From assembly GCF_000007145.1 (NCBI RefSeq), contig NC_003902.1, positions 2,047,436-2,079,435 on the forward strand: a DNA stretch of 32,000 bases. The letters are read 5' to 3'. The translations under genes and the position numbers were made by a program. The DNA is from Xanthomonas campestris pv. campestris str. ATCC 33913 (GTDB taxonomy: Bacteria; Pseudomonadota; Gammaproteobacteria; Xanthomonadales; Xanthomonadaceae). Below the pieces are notes generated by a model. It saw only the letters and a list, made by a program, of their open reading frames with translations. It searched no databases and was not told the DNA's origin. How positions within the stretch are numbered: the stretch's first letter is position 1; each line of letters begins with the position of its first letter. Shown in pieces: positions 6,839 through 16,468 of this stretch.

Positions 6839-7654
6839 ATGAGCAGCCACGCCGACAGCAAGCCCTGGACCGTGCCCGCCTTGGCGCAGGCCAAGCGCGA
6901 CGGTCGAAAACTGGTCATGTTGACCGCCTATGACGCCGGGTTTGCGCGCACCTTCGACGCCAATGGCGTGGACCTGATCCTGGTGGGCGACTCGCTGGGC
7001 ATGGTGGTGCAGGGGCACGAGTCCACGCTGCCAGTGACCACGGCCGACATGGTCTACCACACCGCCGCGGTGGCCCGCGTGCTGGAGCGTGCGTTGCTGG
7101 TGGCCGACTTGTCGTTCCAGGCCGATGCCACGCCGGAACGTGCGCTCGATGCCGCCACCCAGCTGCTGCAGGCGGGTGCGGAGATGGTCAAGATCGAAGG
7201 CGCCGGGCACAAGCTCGACGTGATCCGCTACCTGGTTGAGCGCGAAATCCCGGTGTGTTCGCACCTGGGGCTCACGCCGCAATCGGTGCTGCGCTTCGGC
7301 GGCTACAAGGTGCAAGGCCGTGGCGAAGCCGGCGAACAGCTGCGTCGCGACGCCCAGGCCGCGGTCGATGCCGGTGCCAGCCTGATCGTGCTCGAATGCG
7401 TGCCGACGCCGATCGCAGCGCAGATCAGCGCCGAGTTGCGCGTGCCCACGATCGGCATTGGTGCCGGCCCCGGCTGCGATGGCCAGGTGCTGGTGATGCA
7501 CGACATGCTGGGCCTGGACAGCGGCCATCGCCGTCCCAAGTTCGTCAAGGATTTCCTGGCCGAAGGCGGGTCGGTCGCGGGCGCCGTGCAGGCCTACGCG
7601 CAGGCCGTGCGCGATGGCAGCTTTCCCGACGCCGAGCACGCGTACGCCGCATGA
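6839..7654 (+). CDS. panB: 3-methyl-2-oxobutanoate hydroxymethyltransferase
   Basis: [32 protein letters not shown]-like and VLECVP are KPHMT hallmarks. Its length of 271 aa fits the family. Confidence 0.95.
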   Translation: MSSHADSKPWTVPALAQAKRDGRKLVMLTAYDAGFARTFDANGVDLILVGDSLGMVVQGHESTLPVTTADMVYHTAAVARVLERALLVADLSFQADATPERALDAATQLLQAGAEMVKIEGAGHKLDVIRYLVEREIPVCSHLGLTPQSVLRFGGYKVQGRGEAGEQLRRDAQAAVDAGASLIVLECVPTPIAAQISAELRVPTIGIGAGPGCDGQVLVMHDMLGLDSGHRRPKFVKDFLAEGGSVAGAVQAYAQAVRDGSFPDAEHAYAA

Positions 7655-8505
7655 TCCAGACCATTACCGATCTGTCGGCGCTGCGCGCACTGGTCACCGG
7701 CTGGAAGCGCGAGGGGCTGCGCGTGGCGCTGGTGCCCACCATGGGCAACCTGCACGCCGGGCACTATTCGCTGGTGATGCTGGCGCGCCAGTACGCCGAC
7801 CGCGTGGTCTCCAGCGTGTTCGTCAATCCGACCCAGTTCGGCCCCAATGAAGACTTCGCACGCTACCCGCGGACGCCCGAAGCCGACATGCGTGGGCTTG
7901 AGGATGCCGGGTGCGACGCGCTGTGGTTGCCGGACGTGGATACCATGTATCCGCTCGGGACCGCGCTAGCCACGCCGATCCATGCACCCGGTGTCAGCGA
8001 CGTGCTCGAAGGCGTCTGCCGGCCGGGCCACTTCGATGGCGTCTGCACGGTGGTGGCGCGTCTGTTCAATCAGGTGCAGCCGGACGTGGCTGCCTTCGGC
8101 AAGAAGGATTATCAGCAGCTGGCGGTGATCCGGCAGATGGTGGCCGACCTGGCGTTTCCGATCGAAATCCTGGGCGGCAGCATCGTGCGCGAGGCCGATG
8201 GCCTGGCGATGAGCTCGCGCAATCAGTATCTGTCGGCCGACGATCGCCCGATCTCGGCACAGATCCGCAAGGTGCTGCTGCAGATGCGCGACAGCCATGC
8301 CGCCGGCGTGCCGCGCCTGCAGGTCGAGGCGGCGGCAACCCAGGCACTGGAAGCGGTGGGTTTCCGTGTCGACTACACCGCGCTGCGCCTGCCTGATCTG
8401 AGCGAGCCCGACGACGGTGCCAGCAACCCGGCAGCCGGCCCACGCGTGGCGCTGATCGCTGCCCGGATCGGCAGCACCCGGCTGATCGACAACCTGGAAT
8501 TCTGA
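7651..8505 (+). CDS. panC: Pantoate--beta-alanine ligase
   Basis: The ORF track gives 7255..8505. The real start is ATG 7651 ([12 protein letters not shown]...), which overlaps the panB stop as [14 protein letters not shown] and SRN motifs are present. The upstream 132 codons of the track ORF overlap panB out of frame and were rejected. Confidence 0.95.
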   Translation: MIQTITDLSALRALVTGWKREGLRVALVPTMGNLHAGHYSLVMLARQYADRVVSSVFVNPTQFGPNEDFARYPRTPEADMRGLEDAGCDALWLPDVDTMYPLGTALATPIHAPGVSDVLEGVCRPGHFDGVCTVVARLFNQVQPDVAAFGKKDYQQLAVIRQMVADLAFPIEILGGSIVREADGLAMSSRNQYLSADDRPISAQIRKVLLQMRDSHAAGVPRLQVEAAATQALEAVGFRVDYTALRLPDLSEPDDGASNPAAGPRVALIAARIGSTRLIDNLEF

Positions 8506-8579
8506 GGCCGCGCGCGCGGCCGGCCTGAAGCCCTCACGACCGGCTGCGCTGCTGGCCGGTCGATGCCTGCACTTTCCGC

Positions 8580-8585
8580 TAAAAT
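8580..8585 (+). promoter_or_regulatory. Candidate -10 element (TAAAAT) for panD-pgi
   Basis: GCTAAAAT lies 27 nt upstream of the panD ATG, after two GC-rich hairpins that follow panC (GGCCGCGCGCGCGGCC at 8506-8521, and GACCGGC...GCCGGTC). I found no convincing -35. Confidence 0.3.
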
Positions 8586-8612
8586 GCCGGCTTTCCTTTG
8601 CGTTGTAGCCAC

Positions 8613-8993
8613 ATGCACCTGTCCCTGCTGAAAGCCAAGATCCACCGCGCCACCGTCACCCACTCCGAGCTCAACTACGAGGGCTCGATCGCCATCGACG
8701 GCCTGCTGCTGGAAGCGACCGGCATCCGCGAATTCGAACAGGTCCACATCTGGGACGTCACCAATGGTGCGCGTTTCAGCACCTATGCCATCCGTGCCGA
8801 ACAAGGCAGCGGCATCATCTCGCTCAACGGCGGCGCCGCGCGCCACGTGCAGGTGGGCGATCTGATCATCGTGGCCGCGTTCGCCAGCATGAGCGAAGAC
8901 CAAGCCAAGACCTTCAAGCCCAATCTGGTATATGTGGACGCGCACAACGCGATCTCCCACACCAACCACAGCATCCCCACTCAGGCCGCATGA
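8613..8993 (+). CDS. panD: Aspartate 1-decarboxylase
   Basis: [30 protein letters not shown] contains the self-processing G-S site. I start it at ATG 8613 rather than the track's TTG at 8598. Confidence 0.95.
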
Positions 8994-10504
8994 CACATAC
9001 CAACGGATTCGACGCGCTTCACGCCCACGCCCAGCGCCTGCGCGGCGCTGCCATCCCCGCATTGCTTGCCGCAGAGCCCCAGCGGCCCACGCAGTACGCC
9101 CGGCAAGTCGGTCCGTTGTATTTCAACTTCGCGCGGCAGAAGTACGATCGCGCCGCGCTCGATGCGCTGTTTGCAATCGCACGCGAGCGCGACCTGGCAG
9201 GCGCGTTCCAGCGGCTGTTCCGTGGCGAGCAGGTCAATGTCACCGAACAGCGCGCCGCCCTGCACACCGCGCTGCGTGGTGATCTCACCGATGCACCGGT
9301 CGCATCCGATGCATACGCCACCGCTGCCGAAGTCCGGCAGCGCGTGGGCGCGCTGATCCAGCAGCTGGAAGGCACCGACGTCACCGACATTGTCAGCGTC
9401 GGCATCGGTGGTTCCGATCTGGGCCCGCGTCTGGTCGCCGATGCATTGCGTGCACCGTCCGGTGCGCGTTTCCGGGTGCATTTCGTTTCCAATGTCGATG
9501 GCGCGGCCATGCAGCGCACCCTGGCAACGCTGGACCCGGCACGGACCGCCGGCATCCTGATTTCCAAGACTTTCGGCACCCAGGAAACCCTGCTCAACGG
9601 CAGCATCCTGCATGCGTGGCTCGGTGGCAGTGAGCGCCTGTACGCAGTGAGTGCCAATCCCGAACGTGCCGCCAAGGCGTTCGACATTGCACCTGGCCGC
9701 GTGCTGCCGATGTGGGACTGGGTGGGCGGCCGTTATTCGCTGTGGTCGGCGGTCGGTTTCCCGATTGCACTGGCGATCGGTTTTGAGCGTTTTGAACAAC
9801 TGCTCGACGGTGCCGCGCAGTTCGACGCGCATGTGCTCAACACGCCGCTGGAAGAAAACGTGGCAGTGCTGCACGGACTGACCGCAGTGTGGAACCGTAA
9901 CCTGCTCGGTAGCGCCACGCATGCGGTGATGACCTACGACCAGCGCCTGGCCTTGCTGCCGGCGTATCTGCAGCAGCTGGTGATGGAGAGCCTGGGCAAG
10001 CGCGTCAAGCTGGACGGCGCGGCCGTGGACAGCGACACCGTGGCGGTGTGGTGGGGCGGTGCCGGCACCGACGTGCAGCACAGCTTCTTCCAGGCGCTTC
10101 ATCAGGGCACCAGCGTGGTGCCGGCCGATTTCATCGGCACCGTGCACAACGACGACCCGTACGCAGAAAACCATGTCGCGCTGATGGCCAACGTGCTGGC
10201 GCAGACCGAGGCGCTGGCCAATGGCCAGGACAGCAGCGACCCGCACCGCAGTTACCCGGGCGGTCGCCCGAGCACGGTGATCCTGCTCGATGCACTCACT
10301 CCGCAGGCGCTGGGTGCGCTGATCTCGATGTACGAGCACAGCGTGTACGTGCAGTCGGTGATGTGGGGCATCAACGCGTTCGACCAGTTCGGCGTCGAGC
10401 TGGGCAAGCAGTTGGCCAGCCAATTGCTGCCAGCCCTGAAGGGCGAGGCCGCCGATGTGGCCGACCCGGTCACGCGCGAGCTGTTGGCCAAGCTGCGCGG
10501 CTAA
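8990..10504 (+). CDS. pgi: Glucose-6-phosphate isomerase
   Basis: The protein is 504 aa. It contains [19 protein letters not shown] and [11 protein letters not shown]. Its ATG overlaps the panD stop as ATGA. Confidence 0.95.
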
Positions 10505-10534
10505 GCGCGGCTGCAATCGCCGGCGTGTGGAGTG

Positions 10535-10562
10535 ACGGGGCCTTCGGGCCCCGTTGCGTTTG
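10535..10562 (+). terminator. Rho-independent terminator after pgi
   Basis: ACGGGGCC-ttcg-GGCCCCGT is followed by TGCGTTTG. It lies 31 nt after the pgi stop. Confidence 0.6.
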
Positions 10563-11148
10563 AGCCATTCGCTGCTGGGCAGCCTGCTGCAGGAGGATGG
10601 CGCCACCTGGTTCAACCCGGACGCCTTCACCTGGCAATGGGTGGGGCAGGGCTGGGCGCTGGACGAGGCCAATGCGCAGGCCTGGCAGGAAGGCGTGCGG
10701 CGGCTGCGCCGTGCAATGGACGAAGGCCACGACTATGCCTTCGAAACCACGCTGGGTGCGCAGACAATCCCGCGTCTGTTGCTCGACGCCTGTGCGCAGC
10801 ACCGCAATCGCGGTGTGGTTTTGCGGCTTGTCGAGCGTGGAGCTGCATTTGCAACGCGTCGCGGCGCGAGTGGCCGCAGGTGGCCATGCCATTGCCGAGC
10901 ACAAGATCCGCGAGCGCTTTGATGCATCGCGCGCCAACCTGATCACGTTGTTGCCGCATCTGGCGGTGCTGCATGTGTACGACAACAGCGCGCCGACCGA
11001 TGCGGCCGGGCAGGTGGAACCGCTGCTGGTACTGGAGCTGGATCACGCCGGGCTGCATTACCCGGCCACCGCCGGGCAACTGGCGCAGGTGCCGGACTGG
11101 GCAAAACCCATTGTGATGACGGCACTGGAGGCGCGCGGCGTGTCGTGA
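10554..11148 (+). pseudogene. Zeta-toxin-like / P-loop ATPase relic (frameshifted, Walker A region missing)
   Basis: Two track ORFs in adjacent frames together reconstruct one protein. ORF 10554..10922 gives ...WFNPDAF...AFETTLGAQTIPRLLLDACAQH. ORF 10597..11148 gives ...IAVWFCGLSSVELHLQRVAARVAAGGHAIAEHKIRERFDASRANLITLLPHLAVLHVYDNS...PDWAKPIV. The frame switch is at about 10795-10815. An in-frame stop at 10533-10535 and the pgi terminator occupy the place where the GxxGxGK(S/T) loop should be. Confidence 0.55.
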
Positions 11149-11157
11149 TGGCGTGCG

Positions 11158-11187
11158 GCTCGCAACGCCTTTCCGGTCGTTGCGAGC
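11158..11187. terminator. Perfect 10-bp inverted repeat between convergent genes (possible bidirectional terminator)
   Basis: GCTCGCAACG-cctttccggt-CGTTGCGAGC lies between the relic stop (11148) and the phoX stop (11204). It has no clear U-tract. Confidence 0.4.
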
Positions 11188-11203
11188 GGCACGCCAGACG
11201 CGC

Positions 11204-13159
11204 TTACGCCTTGCTCAACTGCACCGCCACCGGGTCACCGGTGAGGTAGCCCACCGCAGCGCCGAAGCGATCCTTGTAGTTGGCGCGCACCAACGGATCC
11301 AGCGTGGCCTTGACGGTGTCGTGCAGCGGGCTTTCCCAGTCGCCGGGGTGCTGGAAATTGCTCATGACATAGGTCCAGCCATGGATCTGGTCAACCGCGT
11401 GCAGGCCGGTGGATTCGGCGCCGGCCGGCACCGAGAGCAGGCGCGTCAGCGTGCCGCTGTCGACGTTGTAGGCCCACAGGAAATTGTTGACGTGCAGGCT
11501 GCTGTCTTCGCCAATGAACAGCGTGCGCAGCGACTCGGAGAACTTGAGGTTGTCCGGATTCGCCAGCCGGTTCGGGTCGGCCAGGTTGCCCAGCCCGTCG
11601 GCCTGCGCCAGGTCGTGGCCGGTCAGCGCGGCAGGCGCGGCCATGTCGATCGGTACCCATTCGCTGTGGATCGGTGCGCCCTTGGTGTCGCGGCGCCCGC
11701 CACGCAGGTTGAGCGCATACACCGCGCCGGACTGCGGGCCTTCCACCTTCACGTCGCCCGAGCCGTTGAGCATGCTGGTGACAATGTAGGACATCGCCAT
11801 GTAGGCGATCTTGTCGCGCGCGTTGACGGTGGTGCCTTCGAGCTTGGTGAAGCCCAGGCTGCCGCCGGCCAGTGCGGCATAGCGATGGGTTTCCAGATAG
11901 GTGGCCGCCTTCTCCATGCCCGGCTTGATGCGGATCCAGTTGTAGGTGCCGTTGAAGGGAATCTTGGTGAACGTGGCATCGCCCGGGTCGCTCAGGTGCA
12001 CGTCGAGAATGTCGGCGGCGGTGAGGCGGTTGGCGAGGGCTTCGATCTCGGCGCTGGTGGCGTGGCCCAGCTTGATCCAGCTCAACGTGGCCGCGCCCGG
12101 GCCGACGCCGGAGGTCTGGTGCCACTTGCCAACGTAGAGCGTGCCGGCCGACAGGTCGGCCTCGCGATCGGCGATGAACATGAAAAGCCCGCCGTTGGTG
12201 GCGTCGTCGCCCATCAGCACGGTGCGCTTGTCTGGCATCACCTGCACCAGCTCGTGCGAGATGCGGCCCAGGCAATAGTGCTTGCGCACGCTCCCCGTTC
12301 CGTCCGGATGCACGGTGATCTCCGGCAGGTGGCCGTAGTGGTACGGGTTGGCGCGTTCCGGGTCGCCATACAGATGCGTGCTGTAGCTGCGGAACTGGGT
12401 ATTGCCGGCCAGCGTGGTGGCGTCGGGTTCGTACTCTTCGCTGGACAGATGCGTATTCCACGGCGACAGGCTGGCGCCGCAGGTGGTCCACAAGCCGTGG
12501 ACGGGGGCGGTGTCGACGTTGTGGTATTTCACCAGCGACAGCTTGCCGGTCGCCGGGTCCTGGTCGAGCGTGAGCACGGCGATCGGTGCGGGCAGGTGGC
12601 GGTTGGTGTCGTTGCCGGCCTGGTCGCGGGTGGTGTATTCGAACTGCACCACCGCAAACACCGTGTTTCCCTTGACGCCTGCGACCTTGGCATTGGGCAG
12701 GGTGAGCAGCGACGACCCATCCGGGCAATCGGAAAAGAACGGGCGCTCGGCACCGGGTTTGGAGCGGTCGATGATGGGGCGATGCTGGATGTCGTAATAG
12801 CCGCCGGCCAGCACGGTACCGCCGTGACCATCGGGCACCTGGTCGCCGGTGACGAAGAACGGGTGATAGGCCAGAGCGTAGCGCTGGGTGCTGCCGTCAT
12901 GCCGGGCCACGGTGAGTGCCGAGCCGACGGTGGTGGTGGCCATCGCCGCCGGGTTGGCCAGGGTGGGTGCCGGCATGCCGTGGAAAGTGGCCGAGACCAG
13001 CCGCGCGGGGTTTTCCGAGGGACGCAGCGGGCGCGCAGCCAATGCGGCACCGCCGAGTTGCTGCAGCGCTGCGGCACTGGCGCTGCCCAGCGGCAGCAGA
13101 GGAACCGACGCCAGCAATTGCAGGGCGCGGCGGCGGGTGGGATCGGGGGAGGCAGACAT
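11204..13159 (-). CDS. phoX: Alkaline phosphatase PhoX (DUF839), Tat-exported
   Basis: The start is ATG 13159 (GGAGC 5 nt upstream), giving MSASPDPTRRRALQLLASVPLLPLGSASA, a Tat signal. Its roughly 650-aa beta-propeller-type sequence has the C-terminal NPDNLKFSESLRTLFIGEDS motif typical of PhoX. Confidence 0.85.
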   Translation of the reverse strand: MSASPDPTRRRALQLLASVPLLPLGSASAAALQQLGGAALAARPLRPSENPARLVSATFHGMPAPTLANPAAMATTTVGSALTVARHDGSTQRYALAYHPFFVTGDQVPDGHGGTVLAGGYYDIQHRPIIDRSKPGAERPFFSDCPDGSSLLTLPNAKVAGVKGNTVFAVVQFEYTTRDQAGNDTNRHLPAPIAVLTLDQDPATGKLSLVKYHNVDTAPVHGLWTTCGASLSPWNTHLSSEEYEPDATTLAGNTQFRSYSTHLYGDPERANPYHYGHLPEITVHPDGTGSVRKHYCLGRISHELVQVMPDKRTVLMGDDATNGGLFMFIADREADLSAGTLYVGKWHQTSGVGPGAATLSWIKLGHATSAEIEALANRLTAADILDVHLSDPGDATFTKIPFNGTYNWIRIKPGMEKAATYLETHRYAALAGGSLGFTKLEGTTVNARDKIAYMAMSYIVTSMLNGSGDVKVEGPQSGAVYALNLRGGRRDTKGAPIHSEWVPIDMAAPAALTGHDLAQADGLGNLADPNRLANPDNLKFSESLRTLFIGEDSSLHVNNFLWAYNVDSGTLTRLLSVPAGAESTGLHAVDQIHGWTYVMSNFQHPGDWESPLHDTVKATLDPLVRANYKDRFGAAVGYLTGDPVAVQLSKA

Positions 13160-13232
13160 CGAAGCTCCAGGCAATGACGGCAATGGCAATGCGTCGCGCG
13201 CATCGGCAAGCCGGTCACGCTAGGACGCCCAG

Positions 13233-13250
13233 ATGACACTTGTTTGACGG
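13233..13250 (-). promoter_or_regulatory. Candidate Pho box upstream of phoX
   Basis: The minus strand reads CCGTCAA-ACAA-GTGTCAT, against the E. coli consensus CTGTCAT-A(A/T)A(A/T)-CTGTCA(C/T). The half-sites match 5/7 and 6/7, with correct 7+4+7 spacing and an A-rich spacer. A TAGCGT -10-like hexamer (13222-13217) lies 10 nt downstream. The box is 74-91 nt upstream of the phoX ATG. Confidence 0.4.
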
Positions 13251-13595
13251 CGGGCTCACCCGTTGGCTGTGTTTCAGATTAGCGAGCTGATGCGTGGTGC
13301 CGGCTGGGCAGTACGGGTCGACGGCTGCGCACTGCGCGCGCGCGCCGGTGGTGCGATGCAGCAAAGTGCGCGGGCGCGCCGGCGCAGGCGTGGCACCGGA
13401 TTCGGCGATTTTCCGCGGTTTGACTGCGGCTGCCGGTATTCCAACGCTATAGCCCTGTCCGATAAGTTCCCCGTGATTTGGCATACGGGCGAGCACGGTT
13501 GACAGGGTAGGGGAATCACGTGAGCGTACGCCGCCTAAAGGCCTGCGGCGCTTGCATTGCGGCAGGAGAACCACCTGGAGACCCGGATCTTGGAC

Positions 13596-16208
13596 ATGCT
13601 GCTTCGTCGTACCGCCGCGCCCGTTGCGCGCCGCGCCCTCTCCCTGGCTACCGCTGCTGCGGTGCTGATGCTGGCTGCTTGCCAAGGCAAGGACGCCACG
13701 TCCACCGCTGCGGCCGACACGACTGCCCCGGCGGCAACACCGGCCGAGACCTCCACCACCATCCATCCGGACCAGTGGCCGTCGCCGAAGTGGCCGTTCT
13801 CCCAGGACCAGGCGCTGGAGCAGCGCATCAGCGACGTGATGGCCAAGATGAGCGTCGAGGAAAAGGTCGCGCAGACCATCCAGGGCGACATCGCCAGCAT
13901 GACCCCGGACGATGTGCGCAAGTACCGCATCGGTTCGGTGCTGGCCGGTGGCAACTCCGACCCGGGCGGCAAGTACGACGCCAAGCCGGCCGAGTGGCTG
14001 AAGCTGGCCGACGCGTTCTATGAAGCGTCGATGGACACCTCCAAGGGTGGCAATGCGATTCCGATCATCTTCGGTATCGATGCGGTGCACGGCCAGAGCA
14101 ACATCGTCGGCGCCACGCTGTTCCCACACAACATCGGCCTGGGCGCCACGCGCAACCCGGACCTGATCAAGAAGATCGGTGAAGTCACCGCCGCCGAAAC
14201 CCGCGTCACCGGCATGGAGTGGACCTTTGCGCCCACCGTGGCGGTGCCGCAGGACGACCGCTGGGGCCGCAGCTACGAAGGGTATTCCGAGTCGCCGGAC
14301 GTGGTGGCCAGCTTCGCCGGCAAGATGGTCGAGGGTGTGCAGGGCGTACCGGGCACGCCGCAGTTCCTGGACGGCAGCCATGTGATTTCGTCGGTGAAGC
14401 ATTTCGTCGGCGACGGCGGCACCACCGATGGCAAGGACCAGGGCGATACCAAGGTGTCCGAAGCCACCATGCGCGACATCCACGCCGCCGGTTACCCGCC
14501 GGCGATTGCCGCTGGTGCGCAGACGGTGATGGCCTCGTTCAACAGCTTCAACGGCGAAAAGATGCACGGCAACAAGGTCATGCTGACCGACGTGCTCAAG
14601 GGCCGCATGAATTTCGGCGGCTTCGTGGTTGGCGACTGGAATGGCCATGGCCAGGTTAAAGGCTGCACCAACGAGAACTGCCCAGCCTCGTTCATTGCCG
14701 GCGTCGACATGGCGATGGCCTCCGACAGCTGGAAGGGCATCTATGAGACCGAACTGGCCGCGGTGAAGTCCGGCCAGATTTCGATGGAACGCCTGGACGA
14801 TGCGGTGCGCCGCATCCTGCGCGTCAAGCTGCGCCTGGGCCTGTTGGAAGCCGGCAAGCCGTCCAAGCGCCCGCTCGGTGGCAAGTTCGAGCTGCTCGGC
14901 GCGCCCGAGCACCGCGCCATTGCGCGCCAGGCGGTGCGTGAGTCGCTGGTGCTGCTGAAGAACCAGTCCGGCGTCCTGCCGCTGGATCCGAAAAAGCGCG
15001 TGCTGGTGGTCGGCGACGGCGCCAACGACATGGGCAAGCAGTCCGGTGGTTGGACGCTGAACTGGCAGGGCACCGGCACCAAGCGCAGCGACTACCCGAA
15101 CGGCAACACCATCTGGGAAGGCCTGAACAAGCAGATCACCGCAGCCGGCGGCAGCGCCGAGCTGGCCGTGGATGGCGCCTACAAGACCAAGCCCGATGTG
15201 GCCGTGGTGGTGTTTGGCGAGAACCCGTATGCAGAATTCCAGGGCGACATCGCCACGCTGCTGTACAAGCCGGGCGACGACAGCGAGCTGGCGTTGCTGA
15301 AGAAGTTCAAGGCCGAAGGCATCCCGGTGGTGGCAGTGTTCCTGAGCGGCCGCCCGCTGTGGATGAATCAGTACATCAACGTGGCCGATGCATTCGTCGC
15401 CGCGTGGTTGCCGGGCTCCGAAGGCGAGGGCATTGCCGACGTGCTGTTGCGCAAGGCCGATGGCAGCGTGCAGAACGACTTCAAGGGCAAGCTGAGCTTC
15501 TCCTGGCCCAAGACCGCGGTGCAGTTCGCCAACAACGTCGGCCAGAAGGACTACGACCCGCAGTTCAAGTTCGGCTTCGGCCTGACCTACGCGGACAAGG
15601 GCGATCTGGCTGCGCTGCCGGAAGAATCGGGCGTCTCCGGTGAGCAGTCGGTGGGCGGGGTGTACTTCGTGCGCGGCAAGCCGGCGCTCGGCATTGCGAT
15701 GCAGCTGTCCAACGCCGGCCAGGCCAACATGCCGGCGACCACGCTGCCGGTGGGCTTGTCCGATGGCAGCCTGAAGATGAGTGCGGTGGACCACAAGGCG
15801 CAGGAAGATGCGCGCCGCCTGCAGTGGTCCGGTGCCAAGGCCTCCAGCGTGCTGCTGGTGTCCGGCAAGCCGGTGGATGTGTCGCGCGAAAGCAATGGCG
15901 ACGTGCAGTTGCAGCTGACCCTGCGCCGCGACAGCGCGGTGACCGCGCCGGTGTGGCTGGGCGTGGGCTGTGGCGAAAAGTGCGGCGGCCGTGTGGATGC
16001 GCAGAAGACCCTGGCCGCGTTGCCGCAGGGCCAGTGGAAGGTGGTGGGCATCCCGCTGAAGTGCTTTGCGGTAGCCGGCGCCGACGTGACCAAGCTGACC
16101 CAGGTCGCCAGCATTGAAAGCGCCGCGGCGCTGGACATCGCGGTGTCCAAGATTGCGCTGGGCGCACTCAACGAAGCCGAAGTCACGGTCGACTGCCCGG
16201 TCAAGTAA
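13596..16208 (+). CDS. bglX: Glycoside hydrolase family 3 beta-glucosidase (lipoprotein/periplasmic)
   Basis: Starting at ATG 13596 gives MLLRRTAAPVARRALSLATAAAVLMLAAC, a lipobox LAAC. GH3 motifs are present: IFGIDAVHG, KHFVGDGGT and GFVVGDW (nucleophile Asp), plus the C-terminal GH3 domain with FLSGRPL. The protein is about 870 aa. Confidence 0.9.
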   Translation: MLLRRTAAPVARRALSLATAAAVLMLAACQGKDATSTAAADTTAPAATPAETSTTIHPDQWPSPKWPFSQDQALEQRISDVMAKMSVEEKVAQTIQGDIASMTPDDVRKYRIGSVLAGGNSDPGGKYDAKPAEWLKLADAFYEASMDTSKGGNAIPIIFGIDAVHGQSNIVGATLFPHNIGLGATRNPDLIKKIGEVTAAETRVTGMEWTFAPTVAVPQDDRWGRSYEGYSESPDVVASFAGKMVEGVQGVPGTPQFLDGSHVISSVKHFVGDGGTTDGKDQGDTKVSEATMRDIHAAGYPPAIAAGAQTVMASFNSFNGEKMHGNKVMLTDVLKGRMNFGGFVVGDWNGHGQVKGCTNENCPASFIAGVDMAMASDSWKGIYETELAAVKSGQISMERLDDAVRRILRVKLRLGLLEAGKPSKRPLGGKFELLGAPEHRAIARQAVRESLVLLKNQSGVLPLDPKKRVLVVGDGANDMGKQSGGWTLNWQGTGTKRSDYPNGNTIWEGLNKQITAAGGSAELAVDGAYKTKPDVAVVVFGENPYAEFQGDIATLLYKPGDDSELALLKKFKAEGIPVVAVFLSGRPLWMNQYINVADAFVAAWLPGSEGEGIADVLLRKADGSVQNDFKGKLSFSWPKTAVQFANNVGQKDYDPQFKFGFGLTYADKGDLAALPEESGVSGEQSVGGVYFVRGKPALGIAMQLSNAGQANMPATTLPVGLSDGSLKMSAVDHKAQEDARRLQWSGAKASSVLLVSGKPVDVSRESNGDVQLQLTLRRDSAVTAPVWLGVGCGEKCGGRVDAQKTLAALPQGQWKVVGIPLKCFAVAGADVTKLTQVASIESAAALDIAVSKIALGALNEAEVTVDCPVK

Positions 16209-16261
16209 GTCCAGCCGCAGTGGCTGGCCGCAGGGCCACCCACTGCTGCGCTGAAGCAACA

Positions 16262-16288
16262 CGTGCACCGCCACCGTGGCGGTGCACG
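16262..16288. other. 13-bp perfect inverted repeat in the bglX-symporter spacer (possible terminator or attenuator hairpin)
   Basis: CGTGCACCGCCAC-c-GTGGCGGTGCACG lies 54 nt after the bglX stop. No U-tract follows it. A second hairpin, GCTACG-tacctaggtg-CGTAGC, lies near 16386-16407. Confidence 0.35.
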
Positions 16289-16468
16289 ACAGCGGCCACC
16301 GTTGCAGGTGGTGTCAACAGCCGCCGCGGGGAGCGGTGTCGTCGAATGGCCGGGATGGCCTGCAGCCGCGGTTCGCCGCGCTGACGCTACGTACCTAGGT
16401 GCGTAGCGGCGGCACGCTGCAGGCTTGCCCGATCGGCGGCACACCCCAGAGCCAGACAGGAGAGTGCA

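Noticed and set aside
4992-7639. Long minus-strand ORFs 4992..6758 (588 aa) and 6239..7639 (466 aa) opposite pcnB, folK and panB
   Set aside because: They are shadow ORFs antisense to well-supported genes. Their sequences are Arg/Ala/Gly/Gln-rich and lack recognisable domains.
8981-13177. ORFs 8981..10672 (-, 563 aa) opposite pgi and 11153..13177 (+, 674 aa) opposite phoX
   Set aside because: The reasoning is the same: both are antisense to genes with strong family motifs and have a low-complexity basic composition.
13215-16274. A 1019-aa ORF on the minus strand covering the whole bglX region
   Set aside because: It is exactly antisense to a GH3 gene with clear motifs. Its composition is Arg/Gly/Ala/His-rich low complexity (for example HRHGGRKGPLHAGDAGFGGGDF) with no motifs. 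Long stop-free antisense frames are expected at about 65-70% GC.
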